From Eledone cirrhosa (taxonomy: Eukaryota), in assembly GCA_964016885.1 (NCBI GenBank), contig OZ024740.1, forward strand, positions 246,574,001 to 246,638,000: a stretch of DNA of 64,000 nucleotides, read 5' to 3'. The stretch's first letter is position 1. The number at the start of each line of letters is the position of its first letter. The position numbers and the translations under genes are program-made. Positions 40,140 through 54,637 of this stretch are shown here, piece after piece. Below the pieces are notes generated by a model that had not been told where the DNA came from, did not search any database, and saw nothing but the letters and a program-made list of their open reading frames with translations.

Positions 40140-40433
40140 TGTGCGTGTGTGTGTCTGTGTGTGTGTGAAAGATCAGTCGACAAGTTATAGGTCATGTATA
40201 ATTGCTTCCAAATTAGCTTTGTGTCGAACCATATTGTACAATCGGGATGTTGTGGGCGTGTGTTTGGTTTAGTTTTGCAATGTAGGAAGCTAACATTACA
40301 GCGTACCATGTGGTGGTTTGAGAGGAAAGTCTTCTAGTCTGAGAAATTATAGGTAGTACAAGAAATAGTTACTAAGTTCAAAACACTTTTGTTGGGTTTT
40401 GTTGACAAAAATAATCATCCATAAGGTTAATAG

Positions 40434-40550
40434 TTGTTTCTACTTTTGGCACAAGGCCAGCAAATACCCAGTGTATTACTGGTACTTTATTTTATCGACT
40501 CTATAAGGATGAAAGGCAAAGTTAACCTCGACGGGATTTGAACTCAGAAT
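40434..40550 (-). mobile_element. 5'-truncated SINE
   Basis: Reverse complement of the SINE 3' two-thirds. Confidence 0.85.
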
Positions 40551-40699
40551 GGCATTAATATGTACACATACACGCGCACACACACATACACTTACGCTTA
40601 CATCACATATATACATAAATACATACATGCATAAATACATACACACACCACATACATCCATGCATACATGCATACATACATACGTACATACATATATAC

Positions 40700-43650
40700 A
40701 TGATGGCTGCAAACTCTGCCAAGAGTATTGCAATCGCTTGTCAGATTCAGATGTGTTATACTCGGATATGGCTTTTGAAGCCTGCTAGAGACTTGCACTC
40801 CTTCACACACTGACGACAACTATGGATCTCCCTGGCTTGAGGTCCTGCATCAGGTTACCCGTGAACTCTCACAACACTATGGAGATCATAGTTCACTGGT
40901 TCTCTTTGAACATGGCTGCGGTTGTAGCTCCTGAGACCAGATTTGCTCAAGCAAATCTTTCCACACTCAGAGCACTTCAATTCAATGGAGACACCGATCG
41001 TTTCGAGAGATACACCAGGGCATTGCTTACGCACATCCCTTTTGATCTTCTCGTGCTCTATGCGTCTGTCCTCAAAGTTATGGACCCCATGATACACCAT
41101 TCCACACCAAGTTTCTATTTCAAGAGCTTCAGCCATCATCAAACCAGTTTTTTTCAATGAGTCCTTTACACAATCCTTGAATCGGAGCCTTGGCTTGTGA
41201 GGTGGTCTCTTACCCTCACAAAGCTCGCAATACAAGAGTTGTTTTGGGATTCGATCATCCTCCATCCTGCAGAGGTGTCCGGTCCATCCCAAACGCCGTT
41301 GGGGGATGACACTCTCAATGCTCCGACACTCACTTCTCTCAAGGACCTTAACATCACTTACATGCATCAGCCACTTGATACCGAGCATCTTTCTGAGACA
41401 CTGCCGGTGAAACCGTTCCAGTCTGTGGATATGCCCTTTGTAGGCAACCCATGTCTCACATGCATACAGCAAAGCTGACAGTACACATGCAGCATACACT
41501 CTCACCTTGGTCCTCATTGTGATTCCTCGCCTGCGCCAAAGACGGTCGTTGAGCCTTCCAAGTGACTCACTTGCTTTACTAATACGTAGACCAACTTCTG
41601 CATCTAGAGAGCAGGCCACACCCAGAGTACTCCCCAAATACACAAATGTGTCAGCAGCCTTCAGCTTTTGACCGTATACATATATGGAGAGTTCATTGAA
41701 AACTTTATCCAGAGCAGGTTGGTACATGACGACAGTCTTCTTCAGACTGATTGTCAGTCCCAAAGCACTGCACGCATTGGAAAAAGAATTCATAAGGTGT
41801 TGCATGTCACTCTGGGAGTGTACAAATCATCTGCATATAAAAATTCTTTGTTCAAGGTACTCAGTACCTTAGTGTGGCAGTGAGATACCTGAGGTTAAAC
41901 AGCTTGCCGGAAGTGCGATATTTGAGATAGATACTGTGTTGACAATCCTTGAAGGCCATGAAGAACACCATTGCGAAATCAAGGCAAACAAAGTCGGTGC
42001 AGGTATATTACCCTGCTTGACACCATTTTCAACCGAGATTGGCTCAGACAATTTACCTCCAGCATTCACCCATGCCTGCATGTCATCGTGGAAGAGTTTC
42101 AGAATGTTCACAAACTTTTCAGGAAAGCCCAATCTCTCCAAAATAACCCACAAAGCCTTCCGATTAACGGTGTCAAATACCTTGGTCAGATCGATAAAAA
42201 CTTGGTATAAGTCCATGCGCTATTCAATGCATTTCTCTTGAAGTTGTTTGGCCGAGAAGATCATGTCAACAGTGCTTCTGCCATTCCTAAAGCGACATTG
42301 GGACTCAGGAAGTACCTCAACAGCAATGTGCTGTATCAATCTGTCCAACAAAATCCTGCACAAGATCGTCCCAGCCACAGATAGCAGTGAAATACCTCTG
42401 TAGTTGCCACAGTCATCTTTGGCTCCCTTTCCTTTGTAAAGTACACCATCAATGCATCTTTCCAGTCCTGTGGTACATCTTCTTCATTCCAAACATTCAC
42501 AAAGAGATCAGTGAGGTGGTTTAAGAAGTTATCGCCACCTCATCAAATGAAGGAGGATCAGCCATTGCCAGCTTTGTAGGTCTGGTTGGAATCGACCGAA
42601 TGGACGCATCATCAATTTCTGATGGTCTGTTGAGAAGCTCATCAAAGTGGTCATGCCACCTGATCAGGATTTCATTCAGATCTCTGAGCAATTCCTTGCC
42701 GTCCCCGGAGCGAAGTGGTGATATTTGTAGACCGGTCGGAGTATACACCTCCTGAGCAGACTGTATAAGAGCTTTGTATTATATCTATCTGAGGCCTTCT
42801 AGATTTCATCAGCCTTTTGGCTCCACCAGGTATCCTGCATGGATCTCAATCGATGTTGCACACGTGCCTTGACCTGCCTGAAAGTTCGGTCACTCCTGTC
42901 AGAACGTGTCTCACACAACAATGATGTCAGCACTTTTTGTTTCTCTTCAAGCAAGGTCTGGATCACTGCATCATTTTCATCAAACCAGTCTTTATGCTTT
43001 CTATTGGTATGACCTAAAACTCCAACACTAACATCATAGACGGTTTTCTTCAATGATTCCCACGTATTTTCACATTCCATGGACTCAGGGGAATTCGACA
43101 GCTCAGCTCTGACTTCCTCTGTTTTCAGACGAGCCACGTTTAGTTGTTTTGGAAGTGCAACCTTCTTCCCCCCTTACTTTGGGCTTCACAACAAATTGAA
43201 ATTTGGCGTGCACCAGACGATGGATGGTCAGTCCAACATTCCGCGCCTCGAATACACGAACCAATGTGATATCCCTGATATCACGTTTCCTCGTTAAAAA
43301 GAGTCAATAAGGTGCCACTTCTTGGAACCTGGATGCATCCAAGTTGTCTTATATTTGTCTTTCTGCTGAAAGAGCGTGTTCCCAACAAGATTCATCTCAG
43401 TGCACATTTGAAACAGAAGTAGGCCATTGTTATTGCACTTACCTACTCCATGCCTGCCCATCACACTCCAAGCGGCCCATTCATTACCAACACGTGCATT
43501 AAAATCACCAAGGATGACAATCTTGTCTGCATAAGTTATATCAGGGATGACCTCTCTCAAAGACATGTAGAAACTTAGTGTTTCATCATCACTGGCACAC
43601 ATAGTAGGAGCGTACACACTGACCAGAATTACAAAGCGGTTTTGAGAAGG
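40700..43650 (-). mobile_element. Decayed RTE-clade (BovB-like) LINE: EN, RT, two C-terminal C2H2-like fingers
   Basis: YAPTM, LGDFNARVG, WHLID; FIDLTKVFDTV, GVKQG, FVYLGS, LLYACETW; CSECGKIC..RSH and CRQC..SHIRV. Confidence 0.93.
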
Positions 43651-44648
43651 TTAAAGTCGCTCATATGCTCCGAGAATAGCACAGATTATTCTTTTAGGTA
43701 ACCCTTAGAATTAGAGCAAAGACATGTAGAGCCCATAGTTAGGTAATTGACTTTATTGCATAAATATAGTTTCAAAGAAACCATTGCTAATGGATTATTC
43801 ATATGGAGTAAATTGACGCCTCTTCACATTCTTCAGCTTCCACGATCCACGTGAACGGTGATGAATTTGTTTCTACCTTTTATCTCAGCATTCAAATGGG
43901 AGTTGTGCTGGCTCTCAGTTACGATGAAAAAGTGGTTGGTGGATGGATTGAAACTGTTCCCCAATCTGATCTTTAGTGCATTGATAAATGAATGGAACAA
44001 CCCAAATATGTATAAATTTGATTCTACTATAAGCATGAAATCTTTTCATAGGTGGTTATTTATAACTTTATTAATTTAACCTCTAACATTAAAGTGTTTG
44101 TGCATATATACATGTATGTGTGTATGCATGTATGCATATGTATATATGCATGGACGTATGTGCATACTTAAGTACGTATGTATGTAGGTATGTATATAGT
44201 ATGTATGCATGTATGTATGTAAGCATGTATGTGTGTATGTATGTGTGTATGTATGTATATATGTGTGCGTGTGCTTGTGTATGCACAGCACCTTTATTAA
44301 GTGTTCCCTCTCTGGCATCAAAACCGTTAACAATTCTATCTGTCTACCTCTCTCTTCCTTTATATTTATCTTTCCTTATCTCCCTCACCCCTCTCTCTCC
44401 TTTTCCCCCACCTCTGTCATTCTCGCTTCTACACAACCCACATACTTGCATGTATCCCTACACCGTCAAGTATGTAAATAGTTCACTGAAGTCACTGCGA
44501 CACTAGTCTATCACTAAGCACTTCACTACTATCTCACGCACTCTAATGTCTGCGCGTACACCGATAACAAAAGCTTCCAATATTAGTGGGTGAATTTATG
44601 GGTGTCACCCGAGCAGCAGCAATATAACGATATTATTTAGTCAATTGA

Positions 44649-44835
44649 GGGCGGTGAATTGGCAGTATCGGTAGAGGGTTGGACGCCATGCTTTGGCGCA
44701 TAGAGTTACGGCCCTTGCCATTCTGAGTTCAAATCCCGCCGAGGTTAACTTTGCCTTTCATCCTTATGGGGTCGATAAAATAAAGTACCAGTAATGTACT
44801 GGATAATTGCTGGCCTTGTGCCAAAAGTAGAAACA
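44649..44835 (+). mobile_element. Full-length tRNA-derived SINE with 17-bp target-site duplication
   Basis: ATTATTTAGTCAATTGA at 44632-44648 and 44836-44852. Confidence 0.92.
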
Positions 44836-45178
44836 ATTATTTAGTCAATTGACATGTTTAAGTTCAGAGCAAACCATGCAAACATTTCGACTTTCTCTCA
44901 TACAACTCTTTCAATGTAGACACTGCGAGTACTTAATGGAGAGATAATAAGCCATTCTCCTACTTAAACATAACTCGCTCATTTTTGTATGTGTCATTGT
45001 GTGGGTGTGTTTTGATATGTGTAGGTGTAGTTGTAAGTGTAAGCATGCAGTTGTTACGACCCCATGTGAACTAGAAATAATAGTATCAACCTTGATACTT
45101 TAGGGATTTCCAGAGGTTGAGTGACGAGAAGGGATTCTCCGTTTTTCCGTTGTCTTTGTCCTGTACAACACCTGCTTT

Positions 45179-45220
<42 letters not shown>

Positions 45221-45303
45221 CCACACACACACATGCATATATATATATATACACGCTTAGAAGAGCATAGTAGAGATTTATATGTTTTTTTAATGTCAAA
45301 ATG

Positions 45304-45431
<128 letters not shown>

Positions 45432-46014
45432 TCTGTATTAGTCGAGGAGGGCGGAAGGGCAGTGCCTATTTTCCTCATTAGTACCTTCGTAACTGTTGGG
45501 AGAGAGGACAGTATCCTAAAAAAAGACACCTGTAATAGACTCTGATATGAGCCATGTGTTGGCTTCCCAACTAGGTTACAGCGGAATTTGAACTCATAAC
45601 GATAAAAGTTGAAGCGAATACCACAAAGCATTTCATTTCACTAATCCGCCACTCTGGACTAATACTTTATGTTATCAACCCCGAAGGGATGAAAGGCAAA
45701 GATGACCACTGCCTGATTTGAACTTAGAACGCAGAGAACAGGAACATATTCTGCTTAGAGGTTTGTTACCCGGTTTTGGTTCATCTCAGTTACCACTGCA
45801 CGTGCGTTCTCTGCAGCCAATTCACAAACTAACAATTTCTAATTTAGACACAAGGCCAGTAATTTGTGGGAAGGGAAGTCGATTAACTGTACCCCAGCAC
45901 TTGACTAGTTCTTTATTTTATCCAGCCTGGGAGGATGAAAGAGCCCTAACAAATACCACAAAGGATTTGTCCAGCGTTTAACGATACTGCCAATCCACCA
46001 CCAAATAATAATAA

Positions 46015-46196
46015 TTGTTTCTACTTTTTGGCACAAGGCCAACAATTAACCAGTGCATTACTGGTACTTTATTTTATCGACCCCGTAAGGATGAAAGGCA
46101 AAGTTAACCTCGGCGGGATTTGAACTCAGAATGGCAAGGGCCGTAACTCTATGCGTCAAAGCATGGCGTCCGACCCTCTACCGATACTGCCAATCC
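46015..46196 (-). mobile_element. Young SINE nested in a cluster of older SINE fragments (about 45570-46250)
   Basis: Consensus match; CCAAATAATAAT duplicated on both sides. Confidence 0.88.
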
Positions 46197-46259
46197 AAAT
46201 AATAATGGTTTCTAATTTAGGTACAAATTCAGCAGTTTGAAGGGAGACGGAGAAGATCG

Positions 46260-47450
46260 TTTCGAGCTCTTTGGACTTTTGCTTTGTTGGAGACAAATTA
46301 AAATCATTGTTTCTTTTGGTAAGTTCATTCTTTGTTATTCTGACCTTATCGTGGATTGAAACAACATTCCTTTTATTGCTCTTTTTCGTTTGGGAGGGAG
46401 GGAATTAATAGTAATATCCTCCACACTCTCTTTAGTGAAGCTGTATTTGGCAATTGCATTTGTGTCTTCAGATGAGAAACAATTAAAAACTGAAACAGCG
46501 TAGTTGGTAACAAGATGCCAGTCAATGTTCCAATGGATTTCCTGGCCGCTGTTTCCGTGTGCGAAAGCTGAGTTTTATTTTCGCAGGCACTCTTCTGTGA
46601 TCTAATTGTGCACTGTTGAAAGAAAAGTAGTCATAGTCATTTTTAATGCTCTCACATTTTTAATGATCCACTTCCTTCATATTAAAACATAATCTAACTG
46701 AGCCCTGCTTCCAGAAGAGTATTAATAAGTCCAACGTTTATTTGTTTTTTTTTTCATTGCTGTGAGATTGTCACAAAATCTATCAACTTTAATTCATTTC
46801 TATTAGCTTGGGTGTGAAAAGAGAAATCTGTTATCAATGCTTCCTATTTTAGCATTGAAGTCTCCACGGACTAGCAAGAGGTTATGAGCAGGCACGCGAT
46901 TTCAGATTGACTTAAGGTCATTGTAAAATTCATTGATTTCATTTTCTGGGCTGCAATTGTGAGGGCTATAGCAGCTGATAACTGTGGTTACAGGATCTTG
47001 AAACGATCTTCAAACAGCTTATGACACTCCCACTGCTGAGTTACTTCAAGAAAAAAATCAACAACGTCTCTGCTCAGCCAGACTAGGTTAGCATGTGGCA
47101 GCTTGAAGATCTATTAATGAGATAAGCCTTAGAAAGGAGAAATCTTCTGTTCCTGTTCGAGATGGTTCAGTCTCAAAAACTAAATCTGGATGGTTGGGGC
47201 ACTTTAAAAAACTTAGAAAACCTCCCAAACTAACACCTGATCTTCTCAAGATTCAGGTTTCCAATCCACTCAATATTCCTACGACCCATCTCACAAAGAA
47301 TATATACCAGCGATTATTTGGACGAATACAAATTGCCATTCTCTCCTGCTTGAACTCTGCAACATTGTTTTTGACAGTGTATTTGACATTGTATTTGCGG
47401 GAATGAGCCCTAAGAAAGATTTTTTGCATAATTTTCGTGGTAATGTTTGA
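46260..47450 (-). mobile_element. Decayed RTE-type endonuclease fragment
   Basis: Manual translation of the - strand gives TVISCYSPHNCSPENEINEFYNDL and PAHNLLLVRGDFNAKIG. Confidence 0.75.
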
Positions 47451-47454
47451 CATA

Positions 47455-48562
47455 CGAGGGTGGGATGAAAAGTTGATAGGCTGACTATGAAGGAGTGATG
47501 CTAGAACTGTGAAATCTTGCATGCTTTAATTTCAACTCTTTATATTAATATGTACATTGGTTTTTTTACAGGTAAACTGACATCTATTTGTTCGAAGAAA
47601 ACTTCAAATGTGACTAGCTGAATTAAGGAGGGGAAGGGAGAGACTTGAAGATGACTTTAGGTCTGGATATCCTGCAACTGCCCCCACCGAGAAAAACATT
47701 GATCATGTTCACCACATGGTGATGGATGACAGGCAATTGACTATAAATCAAATAGCCAATACTATTACCATATCCCGAAAGAAAGTTGAGAACATTCTGC
47801 ACAATGAACTTGACAGGAGGAAGGTTTCTGCTCGGTGGGTACTACGTCTTCTTACACCTGATCAAAAGTGCACCAGGCTGATTACATCACGGAAATATCT
47901 GACATTGTTTGAAGCAGATCCTGCTGGTTTCCTTGAACGTTTCCTAACCCAGGATGAGTGTTGGTTTCATCACTCTCAGCCAGAGACAAAGAGACAATTC
48001 ATGCAGTGGAAATACCCATCCTCCCCTGCTCCAAAGACGGCCAAAGTCGTTTCATCTGCAGAGAAGGTGATGGCCTCAGTTTGGGGGGATGCAAAAGGCA
48101 TTGTATTTATTGACTATCTTCAAAAGGGCCACAACATCAATGGAAAGTACTATGCCAACCTGCTGAGGTAGCTATGAAAGGCTATCAAGACCAAACACCC
48201 ATGAAAACTGATGAAAGGGGTCTTGTTTCATCAGGACAATGCTCCAGCACACAAGTCCTTGGTTTCAATAGCTGCCGTGAATGGCTGCGGCTTTGAACTG
48301 ATTGGTGTCCATCCCTATTCTCCTGATTTCGCCCCATCTGACTATCATCTGCTCCCCAACATGAAAAACACCTGGTTGGGAACCAGTATAACAGTGTTGA
48401 CGTCATATTTGCTGTTGATGACTTTTTTAACCAACAGGATGACCTTTTTATCACCAATGGGATCCAAGCACTGCAACTGGGACTATGTTGGAAAATAAAA
48501 CTCATTTGTTCACATTCCATGAGATTATCTTGGTCAGTCTATAAACTTTTCAGCCGACCCTC
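47455..48562 (+). mobile_element. Internally deleted mariner transposon with both TIRs and TA flanks
   Basis: ~31-bp imperfect TIRs (GAGGGTGGGATGAAAAGTTGATAGGCTGAC / GTCAGTCTATAAACTTTTCAGCCGACCCTC); WVLRLL, TQDECW, HQDNA, YSPDFAPSDY motifs; stops and frameshift. Confidence 0.93.
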
Positions 48563-48564
48563 TA

Positions 48565-49910
48565 CTGCCGCTTTATAGCATTCCAGGGAAGATAGTTAAA
48601 GCAATAAACACGAAATCATGAGTCATAATCCACAGATGGAGAAACAGAGTATTTCGATATAATGAACATATTTCAATATGTTTATTGTCGGGGCTATCTT
48701 TTCTACGGATGACATTGTACAGTGTTTTGGCCACTACATCATGCCTCACAGGTAGATAGTGCCGTGATGACATCTTTGGACAGCTTCTTATGACATCTTC
48801 GATGTTAATTCTGCAGAGTGTGCACTTATTACATCTAGGTGTTTGCCTGCATCCTTATCTCTTTTGTGAATCAGGAATTTCGTGTTGATTTCTTGTTCTT
48901 GGATTGCAAAAGCATATCCTACAAAGTGAGAGCCAATATAGCGGTTTTTGGTCCAAGATAGACTACTTGGCTTATCTATGTTACTCTCACTTTGGAGCTT
49001 CCAGGCAACATATCTATTTATGATTGTTTGCTGATAAGCATGCAGTTTTTCACCCATCGATTCTCTATGGTATTGCTGAGCAATTTCCCTGGGTGTGAGT
49101 TTTTGATTATCATGCCGGGAGTATCTTTCAAGGTGATCTTATCTGTCTCATGCAGACATACTTTCTCAATAGATGGGCTCCTGCGCTTGGTGGTTCGTAG
49201 ATGATGCAACGTTCAAAAGCTGTCTAGACTGATGTTAGGCCTCTGCCTCCATACTTTCGTTTACAGTTGGGGCGGTCTATGTCACTGTTGAAGTTTCCGG
49301 CGTTGTTTAAGATTTTCCGGGTATTAACATTAATTGCTAGGATTTCGTCTATCGTCCAATCGAGTATTCCAAACATTGTTATTAGAACAGGCACAGAAAA
49401 TACGTTGTGAGCCACTGTTTTATTGTGCGCAGAAAATTCAGACGACCATATTTTATTAATCAGGTGTAATATTCCCTAGTTACGCGTTCCTCGTTACAAA
49501 TACCATTATAGGATATATTCTCATCTATCCCCAGGTATCTGTAGCCGTCCTCGTCAAATATCAGTGAAACAGTGAGGCTATTGATAGAAATGTTGCTAGA
49601 TTGGCTTCTAATTTTTCCCCACTTTACAATCATATATGACAGCTGCTTTGATATCTTCGATGTTAATTTTGCAGAGTCTGCACTTGTCACATCTAGGTGT
49701 TTTTCCTGCATCCCTATCTCTTTTCTGAATCAGGTGATTTCCTGATCTTGGATTGCAAAAGCATATCCTTCAAAGGGGGAGCCAATATAACGGTTGTTGA
49801 TAGACTACTTTGCTTATCTATGTTACTCTCACTCTGGAGCTTCCTTGTAACATATCCGTGCATGAATTTTTGCTAAGCATGCAGTTTTTCCCCCGTGGAT
49901 TCACTGCGGT
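48565..49910 (-). mobile_element. Fragment of an R4/Dong-like (restriction-like endonuclease) non-LTR element with internal duplication
   Basis: YRYLGI, GGRGL, AIQEQEINTK, CPKM..YLPVRHDVVAK; 49645-49895 duplicates about 48790-49060. Confidence 0.75.
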
Positions 49911-50029
49911 ACGTAAGGACAGATTTATATTTATAGAAAAACAGATATATAATAACGAATAATAACTTAATTATTGAAAAAAATGCTATAAGTATAAAAG
50001 TAAATATTCTTTTTATGATTTTATTCAAT

Positions 50030-50370
50030 AAAGCCACGTTCAGTTTCAATAACTGCTTCTATGTGAGATCGAAATCGTCTACATGCTCGAATTAAATGGT
50101 CCTGGTTCATATTGGACATTACTCTGACTATGGTAGCTTTCAAGGAATCTTTGGTGTTATGGGGGAGTTTATTGACCTGTCGTTCAACAACGCTTTACAT
50201 GTAGTAGTCCAATGGATTGAGATCTGGGGAGTTGGGAGGCCAAATGACAGTTTGGTGTGGTCAAAATTAGCTGGCATCATTGAGGGAGGCTATGTGGAGA
50301 CAAGATCTATTTTCAACGAATGTCTTCAGCTTAGAAAACCAACACGGCTGTTTACATACATAATTTGAGC
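50030..50370 (-). mobile_element. Tc1/mariner-superfamily transposase remnant
   Basis: The - strand encodes IWPPNSPDLNPLDYY at about 50200-50245. Confidence 0.7.
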
Positions 50371-51408
50371 CATGCTGGCTTTCTAAATTGAACGGAAATA
50401 AGAACAGGTAACTCTTTATATCTTTATCTATCTATTTATTTTGTCTCTCTTTCTCTCCTCTCCTATCTTTCTATTTTTGTCTCTTCCTCTATCTATCGCG
50501 CCTTCCCTATGTTACTACCACTGCTGCTACTACTTCCACTGTCTTATTTTGTCTCTCTTTCTCTCCATTCCTATCTCTATTTTTGTCTTTCTCTCTATCG
50601 TCCCTTTTCCATGTTATTATCCCTGCTGCTGCTGCTGGTACTTCCACATTCTTGTTGCTTACTGCTGCTGTTCCCGTTAGAATAACAGACAGCCTCTTTT
50701 CCTTCGACCACAGCTCAGTATAGATGTGCCCCACTGCTCTCTTGTTCCCTTATTTCAGTTTCAGACAAACAGAAATTTAGGTAATGCTGCGTGGTCCATA
50801 TACATGGTCCTTCCTTTTTACTGCGAGAAACCCTGTGGTCTAGAAGGAAGCTAATGAGGTCATATGACGCTAAAGCTATATTTTCTTGTTAATTTACTTT
50901 CTTCATCCTTTCTCCACTATATTTTATTTAATTTTCGCAATTCTCCAAACATTCTGCTCCATCGATCTCATTCCTGCATTTGTCGTCTACTTTTCTCCCT
51001 CTCTCTCTATACCCATCTCATTTCTCATTTCATATTTTGTATCCCCTTTCTTCCTTTCTCTCCACCTCCCCGTTCTTCCACTCAATATGCATATAGTAAT
51101 CAGTTGTTGAAAGCTACCCATCGAGCTGAAAATCCTACAATTTTATGAAAAGTAATATATATATATATATATCATCACAGACTTCACAAGTAAATCCAGC
51201 CTTTTCTACGGTATCCCTAAAGTACATAAAAGCGAATTAATAAGTAAGGCATACATGGAAGCCACAGTCATCAATGTCCCCTCACCCAATGATCTCAAAT
51301 TAAGACCTATAATAGCAGGCCCCGCTTGCGAAACCCACCGCCTTCATTGATACCCTTCTCAAGCCTTTTCTCAAAAACATCAAAAGCTATATAAGGGACG
51401 ACCTAGAT

Positions 51409-52596
51409 ATGCTCAATCACCTCCCTAATATGCCCCTTTCTGAACAAACCCTACTAGTGACGTTCGATGTAGTCAACCTATACTCCAACATTCCCAACAA
51501 CCTAGGAATAGAAGCTATCCAATTCTGGCTGGATAATTACCAAAATGAACTCCCACAACACATCAAAAAAGAATTCGTGATAGAGGGACTCAAATTTATC
51601 TTGGAGAACAATTACTTCGTTTTCAATAACAAACTCTACAGGCAGAAATCTGGGACAACTATGGGAACGAAAACAGCCCCCACTTATGCCAACCTAGTCA
51701 TGGGATACCTGGAAATCACCCTCTACACTAAAGTGCTAAACAAATTTGGAAACACTCTCCACTTACACATAGAAAGGAACTGGAAGCGATATCTAGATGA
51801 CTGTTTCATCCTTTGGCACGAAAACATCGAGAAACTTAAAGAATTTCACACCCTTATAAATGAGCTCAACACGAATATTAACTTTACGATGGAATACAGC
51901 CATCAACAACTCCCCTTCCTCGACATCCTCATTAAGATTCATAACAAAAAAATAGAAACAGACATATACTACAAGCCCACAGACTCCAAGCAATATCTTC
52001 CTTTCAACTCTTGCCACCCTAGACACGTTAAAATTAATATTCCCTACAACTTAGCCAAGAGAATCTGTACTATAGTCTCCAATAAAAACACCTGTTACTT
52101 ACGGCTACAAGAACTAAAGAACACACTCATAGGCAGGGACTACCCTGCATCACTAATTGACAATGGAATCCAACGTGCCCTAAAACTCAGTACCCAGGAC
52201 CTTAGACACCCTAAAGTAAATCGACCGAAACTAAAAGCTCTTCCATACATCTCCACACACAACCCCCTCAACAATGAGGCGTTTGACACCATCCCTGTGT
52301 TAAAAAAGGACCATAGAATGAACCAAATCCTTCGAACACACGATATCATAAAGAGCAAAAGACAATCTAAGTCAATGAAAAACATCCTAACACATGCCAA
52401 AGTTCTGCCAACCTCAACAACGAAACCCACAGTAAAAAAATGCGATAGACCCAACTGTGGCATATGCATCAACCTAATAGAGGGTTCGGAATTCTATTTC
52501 AAAGAAGGACAACGTTTTATAGTAAAACACAATTTCACATGCGCATCAGAAAATCTAATATATGTATTAACTTGCTCAGAAATCTCACTTTATTAA
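51409..52596 (+). CDS. Penelope-like reverse transcriptase (partial) with start of the GIY-YIG domain
   Basis: LVTFDVVNLYSNI, GTTMGT..APTYANL, WKRYLDD, LPFLDI, TDIYYKPTD, SCHP, CDRPNCGIC, NLIYVLTC. Confidence 0.9.
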   Translation: MLNHLPNMPLSEQTLLVTFDVVNLYSNIPNNLGIEAIQFWLDNYQNELPQHIKKEFVIEGLKFILENNYFVFNNKLYRQKSGTTMGTKTAPTYANLVMGYLEITLYTKVLNKFGNTLHLHIERNWKRYLDDCFILWHENIEKLKEFHTLINELNTNINFTMEYSHQQLPFLDILIKIHNKKIETDIYYKPTDSKQYLPFNSCHPRHVKINIPYNLAKRICTIVSNKNTCYLRLQELKNTLIGRDYPASLIDNGIQRALKLSTQDLRHPKVNRPKLKALPYISTHNPLNNEAFDTIPVLKKDHRMNQILRTHDIIKSKRQSKSMKNILTHAKVLPTSTTKPTVKKCDRPNCGICINLIEGSEFYFKEGQRFIVKHNFTCASENLIYVLTCSEISLY

Positions 52597-53135
52597 CAAA
52601 TACGGACCCCGACTAAACACGTCTCCCTAAGACGAACCCACAACATACACACGTCAACATACATACCTACATCAGCATGCATCCTACATACATCTCTATC
52701 CACATATAAACACAATGACATACGTAAACACACATGTTCTATGGTGCAACACAAATATACACACATTTGCATACCTTTTGATGTCTATAGATATAAACGT
52801 GCCGACACACACACATACATATACGCACACATGCATTGCACATTGATGGGCACATACATATTTGTACACAAGTATTCCCATACGGCAGGGCCTAATGGAT
52901 TCCCCTTGCAGTACGTACAATCTGGACACTCACACACACCTTGGTGTTATGACAATACTATATATCATTTCAGCCCTTTTATTATTAATGTTTTTGATTT
53001 TCTCTTGAGAGAATCGTTTTTGCTGAAAATATCGAATAATGAACACCATTTTTACCAGTATCACAAAAATACTGCCCCCCCCCCACACACATATATATAC
53101 ACACACATACACACGCGTACACTAACATACAAAGA

Positions 53136-53246
<111 letters not shown>

Positions 53247-53354
53247 CTCCGTATAAGACAAGAGCTGAAAAATATATTTCAACATGTTAAAATATCCCCC
53301 ACACACGTACAGACACATTCCTACTGACCGATCCCTCTACCACGAATTACTCTG

Positions 53355-53416
<62 letters not shown>

Positions 53417-53497
53417 TTGTCTTAATAGGCACCTGAACTGTTGACCTGTCAACATGACTGCAATTCACACACACATCCCTACTGATGAACCTCTTTA

Positions 53498-53535
<38 letters not shown>

Positions 53536-53941
53536 TTGTCTTAAAAGACTTATTTTTCAGTGACTTCTCAATCAGGCGAAAAAAGACACTCTTCGACAAA
53601 CCTACATTTTGCGCAATTTTTAACATTCACATACCGACCAATCAAAATTGTTTTGACCACAAGAATTTTTGCAACACGAATTGGCGCGAAACTTATTTTA
53701 ATATCTCTGGAGCCACTTTTTTCACATAAAACAGGTAGAATTTCCCATATTGATCAGATTAGAGCAAACATCACGGACGCTCTATCTCAAAATTATTTTT
53801 GAAAAGCATTAGAAATGCGCAACCGGTAAAAACTTAAAACCAAAACTGAATACTAACCAATACTTATTACTAATTTTTACTTATTCCTAATTAAACTATT
53901 TTTCACTGGGAACAATTTGTCAGCATTTTCTTTTCCTTTTA

Positions 53942-53994
<53 letters not shown>

Positions 53995-54530
53995 ATTATT
54001 GTCTTATTTATACACTATTTGTTATTAATGTTGTGAAAACTAAACCCCCATGATTCGAACTAACAATCCCAACTTTTAGAATAGACCACCTAAAACCTTT
54101 AAATACCGAATCTACAACTTCACTTAATACCACATAAAACCCATTTATCTCTATTCACCCGCTCTATCATTCTCACTAGGTTGACACAACGAAAATACTT
54201 ATCTCCGGTGTATTGCTAGTGTGCTTCTAGACCTACAGCACACGTACATACATCATAATTACTCCTAAATCCTGACTCCAAGTACATTTTATCAGTTACC
54301 TCTTCACCACCTTAATACTAAATCTAATGTACCATATAGCAGTTTTCATATGTCAATTTCATACATCTGTATTATATCAGTTCGTTTAATATGCTAGATT
54401 TATCATTATACTCTATTCCTACTTATATTGATGGTATTATTTTAACTATTCAGTATCTAGTTATTTTATTATTGATATTATTGTTCTGGTTTAAAAAGCC
54501 ATGCCTGGAGTATTTTACTCACTTTCGCAC

Positions 54531-54637
54531 GCTCTGATGAAACGACTGGTTATAAACAAAGTATTGGAGATCGATTGACGCAGCATCAAACGAGTAGCGA
54601 ACTCTAGACCTACCAGATCAAAGAAACAATTGTCAGC
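54531..54637 (+). ncRNA. Type I hammerhead ribozyme with ~80-nt stem II domain
   Basis: GCT-CTGATGA-AAC-GACTGGT...ACCAGATC-AAA-GAAA-CAATTG-TC-AGC, with AATAAA shortly downstream. Confidence 0.7.

Noticed and set aside
44649-44745. tRNA gene
   Set aside because: A/B boxes are present, but it is the head of a multi-copy SINE with target duplications and no full cloverleaf.
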